The notes under the pieces are model-generated. The model did no database searches. It had not been told where the DNA came from and saw nothing but the letters and a program-made list of their open reading frames with translations. The translations under genes and the position numbers were made by a program. A DNA stretch of 64,000 bases from NCBI RefSeq assembly GCF_003018255.1, contig NZ_CP027440.1. The stretch is one strand, 5' to 3'. Source of the stretch: Escherichia coli (lineage in GTDB: Bacteria; Pseudomonadota; Gammaproteobacteria; Enterobacterales; Enterobacteriaceae). Of the stretch, positions 52,543 through 61,154 are shown piece after piece (position 1 is the stretch's first letter; each line of letters opens with the position of its first letter).

Positions 52543-52571
52543 AAGGGGCTTAAAAGCCCCTTTAGTGTTTT
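52543..52571 (+). terminator. Strong hairpin with T-rich tail between the capsid and protease genes (possible attenuator)
   Basis: AAGGGGCTT-AA-AAGCCCCTT followed by TAGTGTTTT. Confidence 0.4.
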
Positions 52572-53144
52572 ATGGGTGAAAAAATTATGAAGAGTATGGA
52601 AATCCGGTCATCGGAAATCACCACCAGCGGAGCCGGTACGCTGACGGGCTACGTTGTTCGCTGGGATAAGCTTTCAGAACTGTTATGGGGTGAGTTTTAC
52701 GAAAAATTCCAGCGGGGGGCGTTTACTGAATGGCTTGCGGCGGGTAATGACGTTCGCGGCCTGTATGAGCATGACCACAGCATGTTACTGGGGCGCACCC
52801 GTTCCGGCACGCTGAAACTGGAAGAGGACGAAACAGGGTTACGCTTTGAACTGACCCCACCGGATACCAGTACAGGGCGCGACGTTATCGAACTGGTTAA
52901 GCGTGGGGACATCTCGGGGATGAGCTTTGGCTTTCGCTCCCGTAAGGATGTATGGGATACCACAACAGATCCATGCGTGCGCACCGTGCTGGTGGCGGAA
53001 CTGTACGAAATTACCGTTACATCGGTACCGGCTTACCCCGATTCCGGCGTGGAGCTGGCCCGCCGTTCCCTGTATGAGCAGCACCCCGAAAAAATGCCGC
53101 GTGCGGATAATCGCCGCTGGTGGGTGGATTTAGCGGGGGTGTGA
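52572..53144 (+). CDS. HK97-family prohead protease
   Basis: 190 aa. The pattern G.L.GY...W...S......F.E.F..GAF........DV..L..H......LGR...GTL.L.ED..GL.F...L is typical of this family. Alternative starts at 52587 and 52596. Confidence 0.85.
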   Translation: MGEKIMKSMEIRSSEITTSGAGTLTGYVVRWDKLSELLWGEFYEKFQRGAFTEWLAAGNDVRGLYEHDHSMLLGRTRSGTLKLEEDETGLRFELTPPDTSTGRDVIELVKRGDISGMSFGFRSRKDVWDTTTDPCVRTVLVAELYEITVTSVPAYPDSGVELARRSLYEQHPEKMPRADNRRWWVDLAGV

Positions 53145-53145
53145 T

Positions 53146-54357
53146 ATGTGGCCTTTCAGAAGAAAAAAAGAGCAGCGCAGCATGACGCTTGATAAGTTTA
53201 TGGCGCTGGCTGGCACATCGAACACGGGGGCGGGTGAGTACGTATCATCGGGGACAGCGGAATCACTGCCCGCCGTCATGAACGCCGTGACGGTCATCTC
53301 TGAGGCGGTGGCTACCATGCCGTGTTACCTGTACCTGGTACGCAATGAGAAGGGGAAGGAGGCCCGCGAGTGGCTTGATTCTCATCCGGTCGATCACATC
53401 CTCAACGAGCGCCCGAACGCGTGGCAGACTCCCTACCAGTTTAAGCGAATGATGATCCGCCACTGCCTGTTAAACGGTAATGCTTATGCGGTGATTCAGT
53501 GGGGGCGTGATGGTTTTCCGGTGGCTTTACATCCTTACCCGCCGCAGTCGGTGAACGTGGAGCAGACAGGTGATCATAACTGGCGCTACTGCATCACTGA
53601 CGCCTACACCGGAAACACCCGCAACTATTTACCGTGGGAGGTTCTCCACCTTCGTTACTCCACGGATGACGGTTTTATGGGGCGCTCACCTGTAACCATC
53701 TGCCGCGAATCGCTGGGGCTTGGGCTGGCCCAACAACGCCACGGCGCGAGCGTGATGCGTGATGGCATGATGGCGGCAGGGGTTATCACGTCAGGCGAAT
53801 GGCTGGACGGCGTGAAGGGCAAACAGGCATTAGCCGCACTGGAACGCTACAAAGGGGCCAGAAACGCCGGAAAAACGCCCATCCTTGAAGGGGGGATGAG
53901 CTATCAGCAGCTGGGCATGAGTAATCAGGATGCCGAATGGCTGGCCTCCCGTCGCTTCACCATTGAAGACATCGCCCGAATGTTCAACGTCTCGCCGATT
54001 TTTTTGCAGGAATACAGCAACAGCACCTACAGCAACTTCAGCGAGGCAAGCCGCGCATTTCTCACCATGACGATGCGCCCGTGGCTGGCGAACTTTGAGC
54101 AGCAGATAAAAAACGCCCTGCTGGTGGCCTCGCCTGTACCTGGTATCCGGTATCAGGTGGAGTTTGACAGCGCGGACCTGTTACGGGCCACACCTGGCGA
54201 ACGCTTTGCCACCTATGAACGCGGCATCAAATCCGGCGTTATGTGCCCGAACGAAGCCCGCGAACGTGAAGGGCTGTCCCCGCGTGATGGTGGTGATGAG
54301 TTCAGCCAGGCATGGAAACAGGAAGTAAAAATCAGCGAGGGAGAAAAACCGGAATGA
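53146..54357 (+). CDS. HK97-family portal protein
   Basis: 403 aa, adjacent to the protease and similar to phage portals. Confidence 0.9.
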   Translation: MWPFRRKKEQRSMTLDKFMALAGTSNTGAGEYVSSGTAESLPAVMNAVTVISEAVATMPCYLYLVRNEKGKEAREWLDSHPVDHILNERPNAWQTPYQFKRMMIRHCLLNGNAYAVIQWGRDGFPVALHPYPPQSVNVEQTGDHNWRYCITDAYTGNTRNYLPWEVLHLRYSTDDGFMGRSPVTICRESLGLGLAQQRHGASVMRDGMMAAGVITSGEWLDGVKGKQALAALERYKGARNAGKTPILEGGMSYQQLGMSNQDAEWLASRRFTIEDIARMFNVSPIFLQEYSNSTYSNFSEASRAFLTMTMRPWLANFEQQIKNALLVASPVPGIRYQVEFDSADLLRATPGERFATYERGIKSGVMCPNEAREREGLSPRDGGDEFSQAWKQEVKISEGEKPE

Positions 54358-54692
54358 ACATAGGGCGACTGCGTGACAGGATAACGATTCAGACCCTGAA
54401 ACAGACCAGGGATATAACCGGCGAAATACTCGAAACGTGGGAGGACGGTCACACACTCTGGGCAAGCGTGAACATGGTCAGCAGCAAGGAGGCCATTTCA
54501 TCGGGCGCAGAGCTGGCGATTGGTACCGTAAGGATCTGGATACGGTACCGGAAGGACATCAACGCCACCTGCCGGATAAAGGTCAGTACGGGGCCGCTGG
54601 CGGGGCGTGTACTGAATATCATCGGGCAGCCGCTGCCGGATGCCGCCAGGACACGCCTTGAAATTCTTTGTCGTGAGGGCGCGGAAAAATGA
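54354..54692 (+). CDS. Head-tail joining / head closure protein
   Basis: 112 aa starting MNIGRLRDRITIQ, typical of the head-tail joining family. ATGA overlap with the portal gene. Confidence 0.8.
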   Translation: MNIGRLRDRITIQTLKQTRDITGEILETWEDGHTLWASVNMVSSKEAISSGAELAIGTVRIWIRYRKDINATCRIKVSTGPLAGRVLNIIGQPLPDAARTRLEILCREGAEK

Positions 54693-54985
54693 CAGAAGAA
54701 CTTATCACCCTGGAAGAAGTGAAACTCCATTGCCGCATCGATGGCGACGATGAAGACCAGTTAATCAGCGGATACATTGCCGCATCGCTTGAGGCGTGCC
54801 AGATACACATAGGCAGGCGCTTTGATGACGGGCTGGAGTTCACGCCAGCCATAAAGATTGGCTGCATGATGTTTATCGCTCACCTGTATGAAAATCGCCA
54901 GATTGTCGCGGATAACGCAAAAACACGCGTACCCATGACGATAGGCGCACTCTGGACGGCTTACCGTGATGTGGGGGTGTACTGA
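54689..54985 (+). CDS. gp6-like head-tail connector protein
   Basis: 98 aa starting LITLEEVKLHCRIDGDDEDQLISGYIAAS, typical of this family. Confidence 0.8.
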   Translation: MTEELITLEEVKLHCRIDGDDEDQLISGYIAASLEACQIHIGRRFDDGLEFTPAIKIGCMMFIAHLYENRQIVADNAKTRVPMTIGALWTAYRDVGVY

Positions 54986-55425
54986 TGCCGTGGCAACCAT
55001 TAAGACGATGCACAGAACCAGGCTGTAACAGGCGCGTTAAATCCGGCAAGTGTGAGGAGCACAGGCGGGCGGCATGGCGTGCAGAGGATGCCAGACGAGG
55101 ACACCGCCGCGCGCGTGGATATTCCAGACAGTGGGACAAATACCGCGCCATGTATCTGAGTAAAAACCCGTTATGCGTGCGATGCCTTGAGAAGGGGATA
55201 TATACGCCCGCCGTGGTGGTGGATCACATTATCCCGATTAATGGCGGTGATGATGTTCTCTTCTGGCCCGAATGGAACCATCAACCATTGTGCCAGGCGT
55301 GTCATAACCAGAAAACGAAATGGCTTGATCCGGCAACAAAAAGCAAGCGTGCCGCAGGTGGATTTCGTGAAGAGGAAGAACGGGCTGCTAACCGCAATAA
55401 CTGGATGTATGACGCTGATGAATGA
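54985..55425 (+). CDS. HNH endonuclease (packaging-associated)
   Basis: 146 aa with two Cys pairs and DHIIPINGG....WNHQPLCQACHNQKT. Located directly upstream of terS. Confidence 0.9.
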   Translation: MPWQPLRRCTEPGCNRRVKSGKCEEHRRAAWRAEDARRGHRRARGYSRQWDKYRAMYLSKNPLCVRCLEKGIYTPAVVVDHIIPINGGDDVLFWPEWNHQPLCQACHNQKTKWLDPATKSKRAAGGFREEEERAANRNNWMYDADE

Positions 55426-55591
55426 GCGGGAACAAAACCGCCTTATCCGTGGACTTATAAGGCAGCGTGACGCATGGAAGACACAGGAAACAGGGCATAA
55501 AGATAAAGCGTCAGGACGCGCAGAACGCATCACAGCGAAGCGATTAACCGACCGTGACCGCGAGGTTATGGAATGTTTCCGCAATCGCTGA
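55409..55591 (+). CDS. Possible 60-aa basic protein
   Basis: ATG overlaps the HNH gene end. No family was recognised; weak evidence. Confidence 0.3.
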   Translation: MTLMNEREQNRLIRGLIRQRDAWKTQETGHKDKASGRAERITAKRLTDRDREVMECFRNR

Positions 55592-55713
55592 TGAGGCTGT
55601 ATGACGGGGTGGGGGGCGTTTTCAGGACAAACCCGACCCCGCCGGGCACCGAACGCCTCCTCAAATTTTTATGCACGGGAATTTTTTGAAAAATAATCTG
55701 GCGAAAAATAAGC
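55592..55713. other. Candidate cos region between HNH and terS
   Basis: 122-bp non-coding gap. It has a G-rich block GACGGGGTGGGGGGCG (55603-55619), a partly complementary GACCCCGCC, and then an AT-rich tract. Confidence 0.35.
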
Positions 55714-56070
55714 ATGGCAAGACCACCGAAAGCCCCCGCCTACCTGGATGATATCGCCGTGAAGCAGTGGCGGGAAAAATCTAGGCAGCTTGCGGAACGG
55801 GGAGACCTGACCCCCGCCGACTGGAGCAATCTGGAACTGTATTGTGTCAACTACTCCATTTACCGGAAAGCCGTTGCAGACCTTGCGGCGCGCGGGTTCA
55901 GCATTGTTAACAGTCAGGGCGGCGAGAGCAGAAACCCCGCATTAAGCGCAAAATCCGACGCTGAAAGAGTGATGATAAAAATGGCCTCTTTGCTCGGTTT
56001 TGACCCGATAAGCCGCCGTAAAAATCCACCGGAAACAGAAGAAGAGGACGAGCTTGACCGCCTGGAATAA
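55714..56070 (+). CDS. Terminase small subunit (P27 family)
   Basis: 118 aa. The pattern PKAP.YLD..A...W.......E.G.LT..D...LE.YC..Y..YR.A matches this family. Confidence 0.85.
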   Translation: MARPPKAPAYLDDIAVKQWREKSRQLAERGDLTPADWSNLELYCVNYSIYRKAVADLAARGFSIVNSQGGESRNPALSAKSDAERVMIKMASLLGFDPISRRKNPPETEEEDELDRLE

Positions 56071-57715
56071 GTACGCAGAAGACGTAAAAACGGGCAAAAT
56101 TCCGGCCTGTAAACGGCTGAAACAGGCCGTTAAACGGTACTTTTCGGACCTTGAAAGCCCCCTTTACACGTTCGATCGTGAGGTTGTGGAGCGGTTTATT
56201 GCCTTTTCCAGGGTGTGCCCGCACGTAAAAGGGCCGATGCGTGGCAGACCCATTGAGCTGGAGCCGTGGCAGCAGTTCGCCTTTGCGTGCATCCTCGGCT
56301 TTAAGGTTAAGGCCACCGGACGGCGCAAATACACGAGCGCCTTTATCGAAGTGCCGCGCAAAAATGCGAAATCCACGACCGCCGCGATTCTGGCTAACTG
56401 GTTTCTGATTATGGAGAACGGGCAGCAGGATATTTACACCGCAGCGGTGAGCCGTGACCAGGCGCGGATCGTTTTTGATGATGCGCGTCAGATGTGCCTT
56501 TTATCCCGACCGTTACGCAGGCGGGTGAATATTCAGGCCCACAAGGTGATGCACCCGAAAAGCAACAGCCTGTTAAAGCCGCTGGCAGCAAAAGCGGCAA
56601 CCATCGAGGGAACAAACCCCAGCCTTTCCATCGTGGACGAATACCACCTACACCCCGATAACGGCGTTTATTCCGCGCTTGAGCTGGGGATGGGCGCACG
56701 TCCCGAAGGGCTGTTATTTGCCATTACCACATCGGGCAGTAACGTCGTTTCAACCTGTAAACAGCACTATGATTATTGCTGCCAGATCCTGGACGGCGAA
56801 GAGGTCAACGATTCAATTTTTGTGCTGATTTACGAGCTGGACGACGAAAACGAGGTTGATGATCCGGCGATGTGGATAAAGGCTAACCCTAACATCGATG
56901 TTTCCGTGGATCGTGAAAAACTGGCCTCAACCATCCAGAAAGCGCGGGGTATTCCGTCGCAATGGGTGGAGATGATGACAAAGCGATTTAATATCTGGTG
57001 CCAGGGGGCTACCCCGTGGATGGGTAACGGCGCATGGGCTGAGTGTGCCGGAACGTTCACGGAGGAAGATTTACACGGGCAGGAGTGTTACGCGGGGCTG
57101 GACTTATCATCAACCAGCGATATTTCCAGCGTGTGCTATGCCTTTCCGGTCGGTAAAAATATCATGCTGGTTTCCCGTCATTATCTGCCGGAGTTCCAGC
57201 TACAGAACCCCGCCAATAAAAACCGCGCTGTCTATCGCCAGTGGGCTAAAGCGGGCTGGATACGCACAACGCCAGGTGACTGCATTGATTACGACCGGAT
57301 CAGAGATGACATCATGCAGGATGCGGAGAAATTTAATATCAGGCTGGTGGGCTTTGATACGTGGAACGCCACGCATCTCAGGACGCAATTACAGGGGGCT
57401 GGTTTTGAGGTGGAGCCGTTCCCGCAAACCTACCTCAGATTCAGTCCGGCGGCGAAATCGTTCGAAGTTTTTGTTAACCGCAGGGTGATTGTGCATCGTG
57501 GCGATCCGGTGTTGTCCTGGTCGATGAGTAACGTCGTGATGCAGAGTGACGCGAACGCCAATATCAAGCCGAACAAGAAAAAATCACCGAACAAGATAGA
57601 CCCGAGCGTAGCGGCGCTGATGGCGTTTGGTACATTCCAGGCAGAGCATGAGGATTTTGCTTTTGATATAAGCGACAGCCACCGCCAGAAACTGGAAGAA
57701 TTTAGCGGGGTGTAA
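56054..57715 (+). CDS. Terminase large subunit
   Basis: 553 aa with a TTG start after AGAGGA. Contains an ATPase region (VPRKNAKST, IVDEYH) and a C-terminal nuclease region. Confidence 0.9.
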   Translation: MTAWNKYAEDVKTGKIPACKRLKQAVKRYFSDLESPLYTFDREVVERFIAFSRVCPHVKGPMRGRPIELEPWQQFAFACILGFKVKATGRRKYTSAFIEVPRKNAKSTTAAILANWFLIMENGQQDIYTAAVSRDQARIVFDDARQMCLLSRPLRRRVNIQAHKVMHPKSNSLLKPLAAKAATIEGTNPSLSIVDEYHLHPDNGVYSALELGMGARPEGLLFAITTSGSNVVSTCKQHYDYCCQILDGEEVNDSIFVLIYELDDENEVDDPAMWIKANPNIDVSVDREKLASTIQKARGIPSQWVEMMTKRFNIWCQGATPWMGNGAWAECAGTFTEEDLHGQECYAGLDLSSTSDISSVCYAFPVGKNIMLVSRHYLPEFQLQNPANKNRAVYRQWAKAGWIRTTPGDCIDYDRIRDDIMQDAEKFNIRLVGFDTWNATHLRTQLQGAGFEVEPFPQTYLRFSPAAKSFEVFVNRRVIVHRGDPVLSWSMSNVVMQSDANANIKPNKKKSPNKIDPSVAALMAFGTFQAEHEDFAFDISDSHRQKLEEFSGV

Positions 57716-57728
57716 TGAGGTCAGCAGC

Positions 57729-58010
57729 ATGACAGAAGCCGAAATACTGCGATTAATCCGCCGCGTCTCTGGAATCAGCCAGCAGGCTGACGAACAGACC
57801 ACGCAGCCGGACAGCGTGACAGCCGAAAATTATGCGCGTGTTGTTGCTGAGGTGATGCGCCGTGATGGTATCCAGCTTAATGATGCGGATATGCGCGACA
57901 TACGGATCCGCGTTCTTGAAATGCTGGCCTACAATCGCCGTGTAGAGATGTACAGGGAGAAAGAGAAAATTACGTACAACTGGAAGAAGCCGGAGCGGTT
58001 ACGGCGGTAA
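57729..58010 (+). CDS. Hypothetical 93-aa protein, last ORF of the island
   Basis: ORF follows terL by 13 nt. No family was recognised. Confidence 0.5.
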   Translation: MTEAEILRLIRRVSGISQQADEQTTQPDSVTAENYARVVAEVMRRDGIQLNDADMRDIRIRVLEMLAYNRRVEMYREKEKITYNWKKPERLRR

Positions 58011-58370
58011 CGTGTTGATTTAAAGGCGGCTCAATTTTGAGCCTCGTAACTGGTTGATATTTCCGGCAACCTCAATTTGAGGAGAGCGGAAACATCATCC
58101 CTCACATTCTGAATGGTCATAATGACCACGCAGGCCATCGAGGCAACCATAGCGATCATCGTTACGGTTGGAGCTTTCCGCCATTGGTGGAAAAGGTGCA
58201 CATCTGGATCATCATTACGGTGATCAAGGGTATGTAAAACCCACCAGCCTGATTAAAGGTTAACCGGAAAAAAAATCCGGTAGCCCCGTTATGGGGATCC
58301 CCATATCGACATTAACGCCCCTCATGAATTGGTGCGCTTCCCCCTGGAAAGATTACCCGCCTGTATATTT

Positions 58371-58400
58371 CTTGTGTCTATTTGTTCCACGTTGTTTCAT
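58371..58400 (+). promoter_or_regulatory. Three 10-bp-phased TTGT repeats on the attR-side arm
   Basis: cTTGTGTCTA tTTGTTCCAC gTTGTTTCAT. Confidence 0.45.
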
Positions 58401-58413
58401 ACAGTGCACCGAA

Positions 58414-58439
58414 CGGTGTAGTTAATGGTGTAGTCAATT
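58414..58439 (+). repeat. Tandem arm-type site (right copy)
   Basis: CGGTGTAGTTAATGGTGTAGTCAATT is identical to 44454-44479. Confidence 0.55.
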
Positions 58440-58512
58440 TGCGATTTTTGGCACTTTTTGTAGTGCGGGTTATTTAATTAAATCAATGTGTTATTGAAAA
58501 TAAGTTATAGAT

Positions 58513-58525
58513 ATATCCCATTTAT
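58513..58525. repeat. attR core; retains the orphaned allE start (ATG GGA TAT on the minus strand)
   Basis: ATATCCCaTTTAT. The minus strand reads TAA GGAGTTATAA ATG GGA TAT immediately after the allC stop. Confidence 0.7.
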
Positions 58526-58531
58526 AACTCC

Positions 58532-59767
58532 TTATTTCTGCCAGGCAAGTTGATAAAGCATGAGTGCCAACGTTTTGACCCCTTCGGCAAGGTCGGTAAT
58601 ATTGGTGCGTTCCGCCGGGTTATGGCTGATCCCGTTGATGCTGGGAATGAAAATCATGCAGGTCGGCACGCGAGGCGCGAAAATTTGCGCGTCGTGCCCG
58701 GCACCACTGTGCATTACCCGGTAGTTCTGTTTTTCACTTTCACACAATTCTGTCAGGGTGGCGACCAGCTCCTTATTCATCGGCACGGGTTCTTCGTCCA
58801 TCCATAAATCGATATCAATACCAATGTCCATTTCATCGCAAATCGCCCGCATGTCGTTTTCTAACTGCTGGGTGAAATCGCGCAGCACGGCAGCGTCGGT
58901 ATGACGACAATCAATGGTGAACGTGGTTTTACCCGGTACCACATTCACCGTATTCGGACGCGGCTCCACCTTGCCAAAGGTAAGCACCAGCGGGTCGCCC
59001 ATCTTTTTCGCTTTTTCGATCGACTGATGGCAAATGCGACTGAAAGCGTAAACCGTATCACGACGATAACCCATCGGCGTGGTGCCTGCATGGTTTGATT
59101 CGCCGTTCAGCGTCACCGTATAACGACGCTGCCCGACAATTGCATTCACCACGCCAATTGACTGCCCATTACTTTCCAGCACACAGCCCTGTTCGATATG
59201 CAGTTCGACAAAGGCTTTAATATCCTGACGCGGAGTTAGTGGGGCGTTCGGCAGAGTAAATCCGCAAGCCTTCATCGCATCGACAAAACTATTTCCTTTG
59301 GCATCACAGATATTCCGCACGTCGTCAGGATTCGCCAGCCCAAAGATATTTTTACTGCCCCAGAAGACATACGGGAAGCGGCTGCCTTCTTCTTCTGCCA
59401 TCGCCACCACTTCGACCGTACGTAACGGCGCGCCGTATTGCGTTTTCAGCCAGTCAATTGCCAGCCACGCCGCCAGCGCACCGAATTGCCCGTCGAGGTT
59501 ACCGCCGTTAACCACGGTATCGATATGCGAACCGCTCAGAACCACTTCCTGTGGATATTCGGTGCCACTCAGGCGACCGTATAAATTCCCCACTTCATCG
59601 AAACGTGTTTCCAGCCCGCTTGCTGCCATTCTTTTTTTAAACTGCTGCTGAGTTTCCAGCCATTCCGGCGAATAAAGTAAACGGGTCATCCCACCCGCTG
59701 GGTCAGCGCCAAAAGAGGAAAGCCAGGGCAGCGTTTCTTCTATGGCTTGACGGAAATGTGTAATCAT
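58532..59767 (-). CDS. allC: Allantoate amidohydrolase
   Basis: M20 peptidase family. MITHFRQAIEE start gives 411 aa. Confidence 0.95.
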   Translation of the reverse strand: MITHFRQAIEETLPWLSSFGADPAGGMTRLLYSPEWLETQQQFKKRMAASGLETRFDEVGNLYGRLSGTEYPQEVVLSGSHIDTVVNGGNLDGQFGALAAWLAIDWLKTQYGAPLRTVEVVAMAEEEGSRFPYVFWGSKNIFGLANPDDVRNICDAKGNSFVDAMKACGFTLPNAPLTPRQDIKAFVELHIEQGCVLESNGQSIGVVNAIVGQRRYTVTLNGESNHAGTTPMGYRRDTVYAFSRICHQSIEKAKKMGDPLVLTFGKVEPRPNTVNVVPGKTTFTIDCRHTDAAVLRDFTQQLENDMRAICDEMDIGIDIDLWMDEEPVPMNKELVATLTELCESEKQNYRVMHSGAGHDAQIFAPRVPTCMIFIPSINGISHNPAERTNITDLAEGVKTLALMLYQLAWQK

Positions 59768-59788
59768 AAGAAAGTCCTGTCTCAATAA

Positions 59789-60838
59789 TTATTGCGCAAA
59801 GGGATTTTTCGTTTCGTATGACGTGTTATAAAGCGCGTCGGAAATTAAATACTGGTAAATATCATCAACAATTTCGATGCCTTCGACGGCGGCTTTGCGT
59901 TGTTTAATATCCTGATCCTGTCCGGGATAATAAACCTGATTAAAACCGGGCGCGGGGGTAATGGCATTTAATTCGCGCATGGTCTGGCTAAGATGTTGAC
60001 GGAATAATTCGCTGGAGGAGAAAAAGTTCGGATTAATAACGATATGTAATTGCCCCAAATTACGCCCGGCGTGTAAATCGTCATACATCGAACTAACCTG
60101 TCGCCCGAACGGTAAGCCGAGTAAGACGCCTGAGAGGACGTCAATCATCATCATCAGGCCATACCCTTTCGGTCCGGCGGCAGGGAGCAGGGCGTTAACT
60201 GCAAATGGATCGGTTGTTGGTGCTCCGTTTTTATCGACCGCCCAGGTATCCGGGATAGACATATTACGCGAGCGGGCGTCGAGCACTTTTCCCCATGCCT
60301 GTACGGTAGTCGCCATATCAAAGGTAAGGATCTCGTCGCCTTCTCCCGGCGCGGCAAAGGTCAGTGGGTTAGTACCGTAGTAAATTTCCGCGCCGCCAAA
60401 CGGCACCACCATTGGATCGGACTGGCACATCGAAATGCCAATTAACCCGGCGCGAGCTGCCTGCTGCACAAAATAAGAGATTGCGCCGCTGTGACCCATC
60501 CGGCTGATACCGACCACCGCAACGCCATTTTGCTGGGCGGTTTTGATGGCATGTTCCATACCCATTTTCGCCGCGACCTGTCCGGCGGCATTGTCGGCAT
60601 GTAAAATTGCCGAGCACGGCCCGGTTTCCTCAAGACGAAACTCCGGTTCGCGGTTGGTGCCGCCTTTTGAAATGCGTTCCGCGTAGTATTCCACGCGCAC
60701 CGCGCCATGAGAGTGGATCCCTCTGGCATCGGCGTAAACCAATACTTCAGCCACGGTTGCAGCGTGCTCACGTTTTAACCCAGCCTGGCAGAGTTTATTC
60801 TCAATTAGCTGGTGGAGTGTTTCCCGACTGATTTTCAT
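59789..60838 (-). CDS. allD: Ureidoglycolate dehydrogenase
   Basis: 349-aa ORF matching AllD. Confidence 0.95.
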   Translation of the reverse strand: MKISRETLHQLIENKLCQAGLKREHAATVAEVLVYADARGIHSHGAVRVEYYAERISKGGTNREPEFRLEETGPCSAILHADNAAGQVAAKMGMEHAIKTAQQNGVAVVGISRMGHSGAISYFVQQAARAGLIGISMCQSDPMVVPFGGAEIYYGTNPLTFAAPGEGDEILTFDMATTVQAWGKVLDARSRNMSIPDTWAVDKNGAPTTDPFAVNALLPAAGPKGYGLMMMIDVLSGVLLGLPFGRQVSSMYDDLHAGRNLGQLHIVINPNFFSSSELFRQHLSQTMRELNAITPAPGFNQVYYPGQDQDIKQRKAAVEGIEIVDDIYQYLISDALYNTSYETKNPFAQ

Positions 60839-61154
60839 CTGTCTTCCTTTTTAACGACGGTGTGAAGCATGACTGCAATTAACATACAGGGAAAATATCT
60901 GGATTATGTGATCCAGACAGGCAAAAAAATATAGTTAGAATTTATTTGATAATCCGCTCGCTTTTAACCTAGTTTTTAAAACAACCACGCTTATTAAAAA
61001 ATAACACGTAATAGCATGGCGGTTATTTGAATTCTTTTGTTAATAATCCCTGTGTGATATTCATCACCTTATTTACTCGTTGTCATCGATACCGTAATCG
61101 CCACATTAACACTGCTCGTGCAATTGCCATGGGTGCAATTTTTAAGGAGTTGTT

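Larger units (their letters stand above)
44320..58525 (+). mobile_element. Integrated ~14.2 kb phage satellite with cf-PICI architecture: int-alpA-regulation-replication-capsid/packaging, no tail or lysis genes
   Basis: Bounded by direct repeats ATATCCC(t/a)TTTAT, with a P4-type integrase at the left end. The backbone operon allC|allE is continuous once the element is removed. Confidence 0.85.

Noticed and set aside
44320-58525. Whether the island is simply a decayed lambdoid/HK97-like prophage that lost its tail genes
   Set aside because: All head and packaging genes are intact and tightly coupled. The left half is a P4/PICI-type int-alpA-pri-rep module rather than a phage immunity/replication region. 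The element is cleanly bounded by att repeats with no tail-gene remnants or IS scars inside. A deletion derivative would be expected to leave fragments. A formal test against full-length relatives is still needed.
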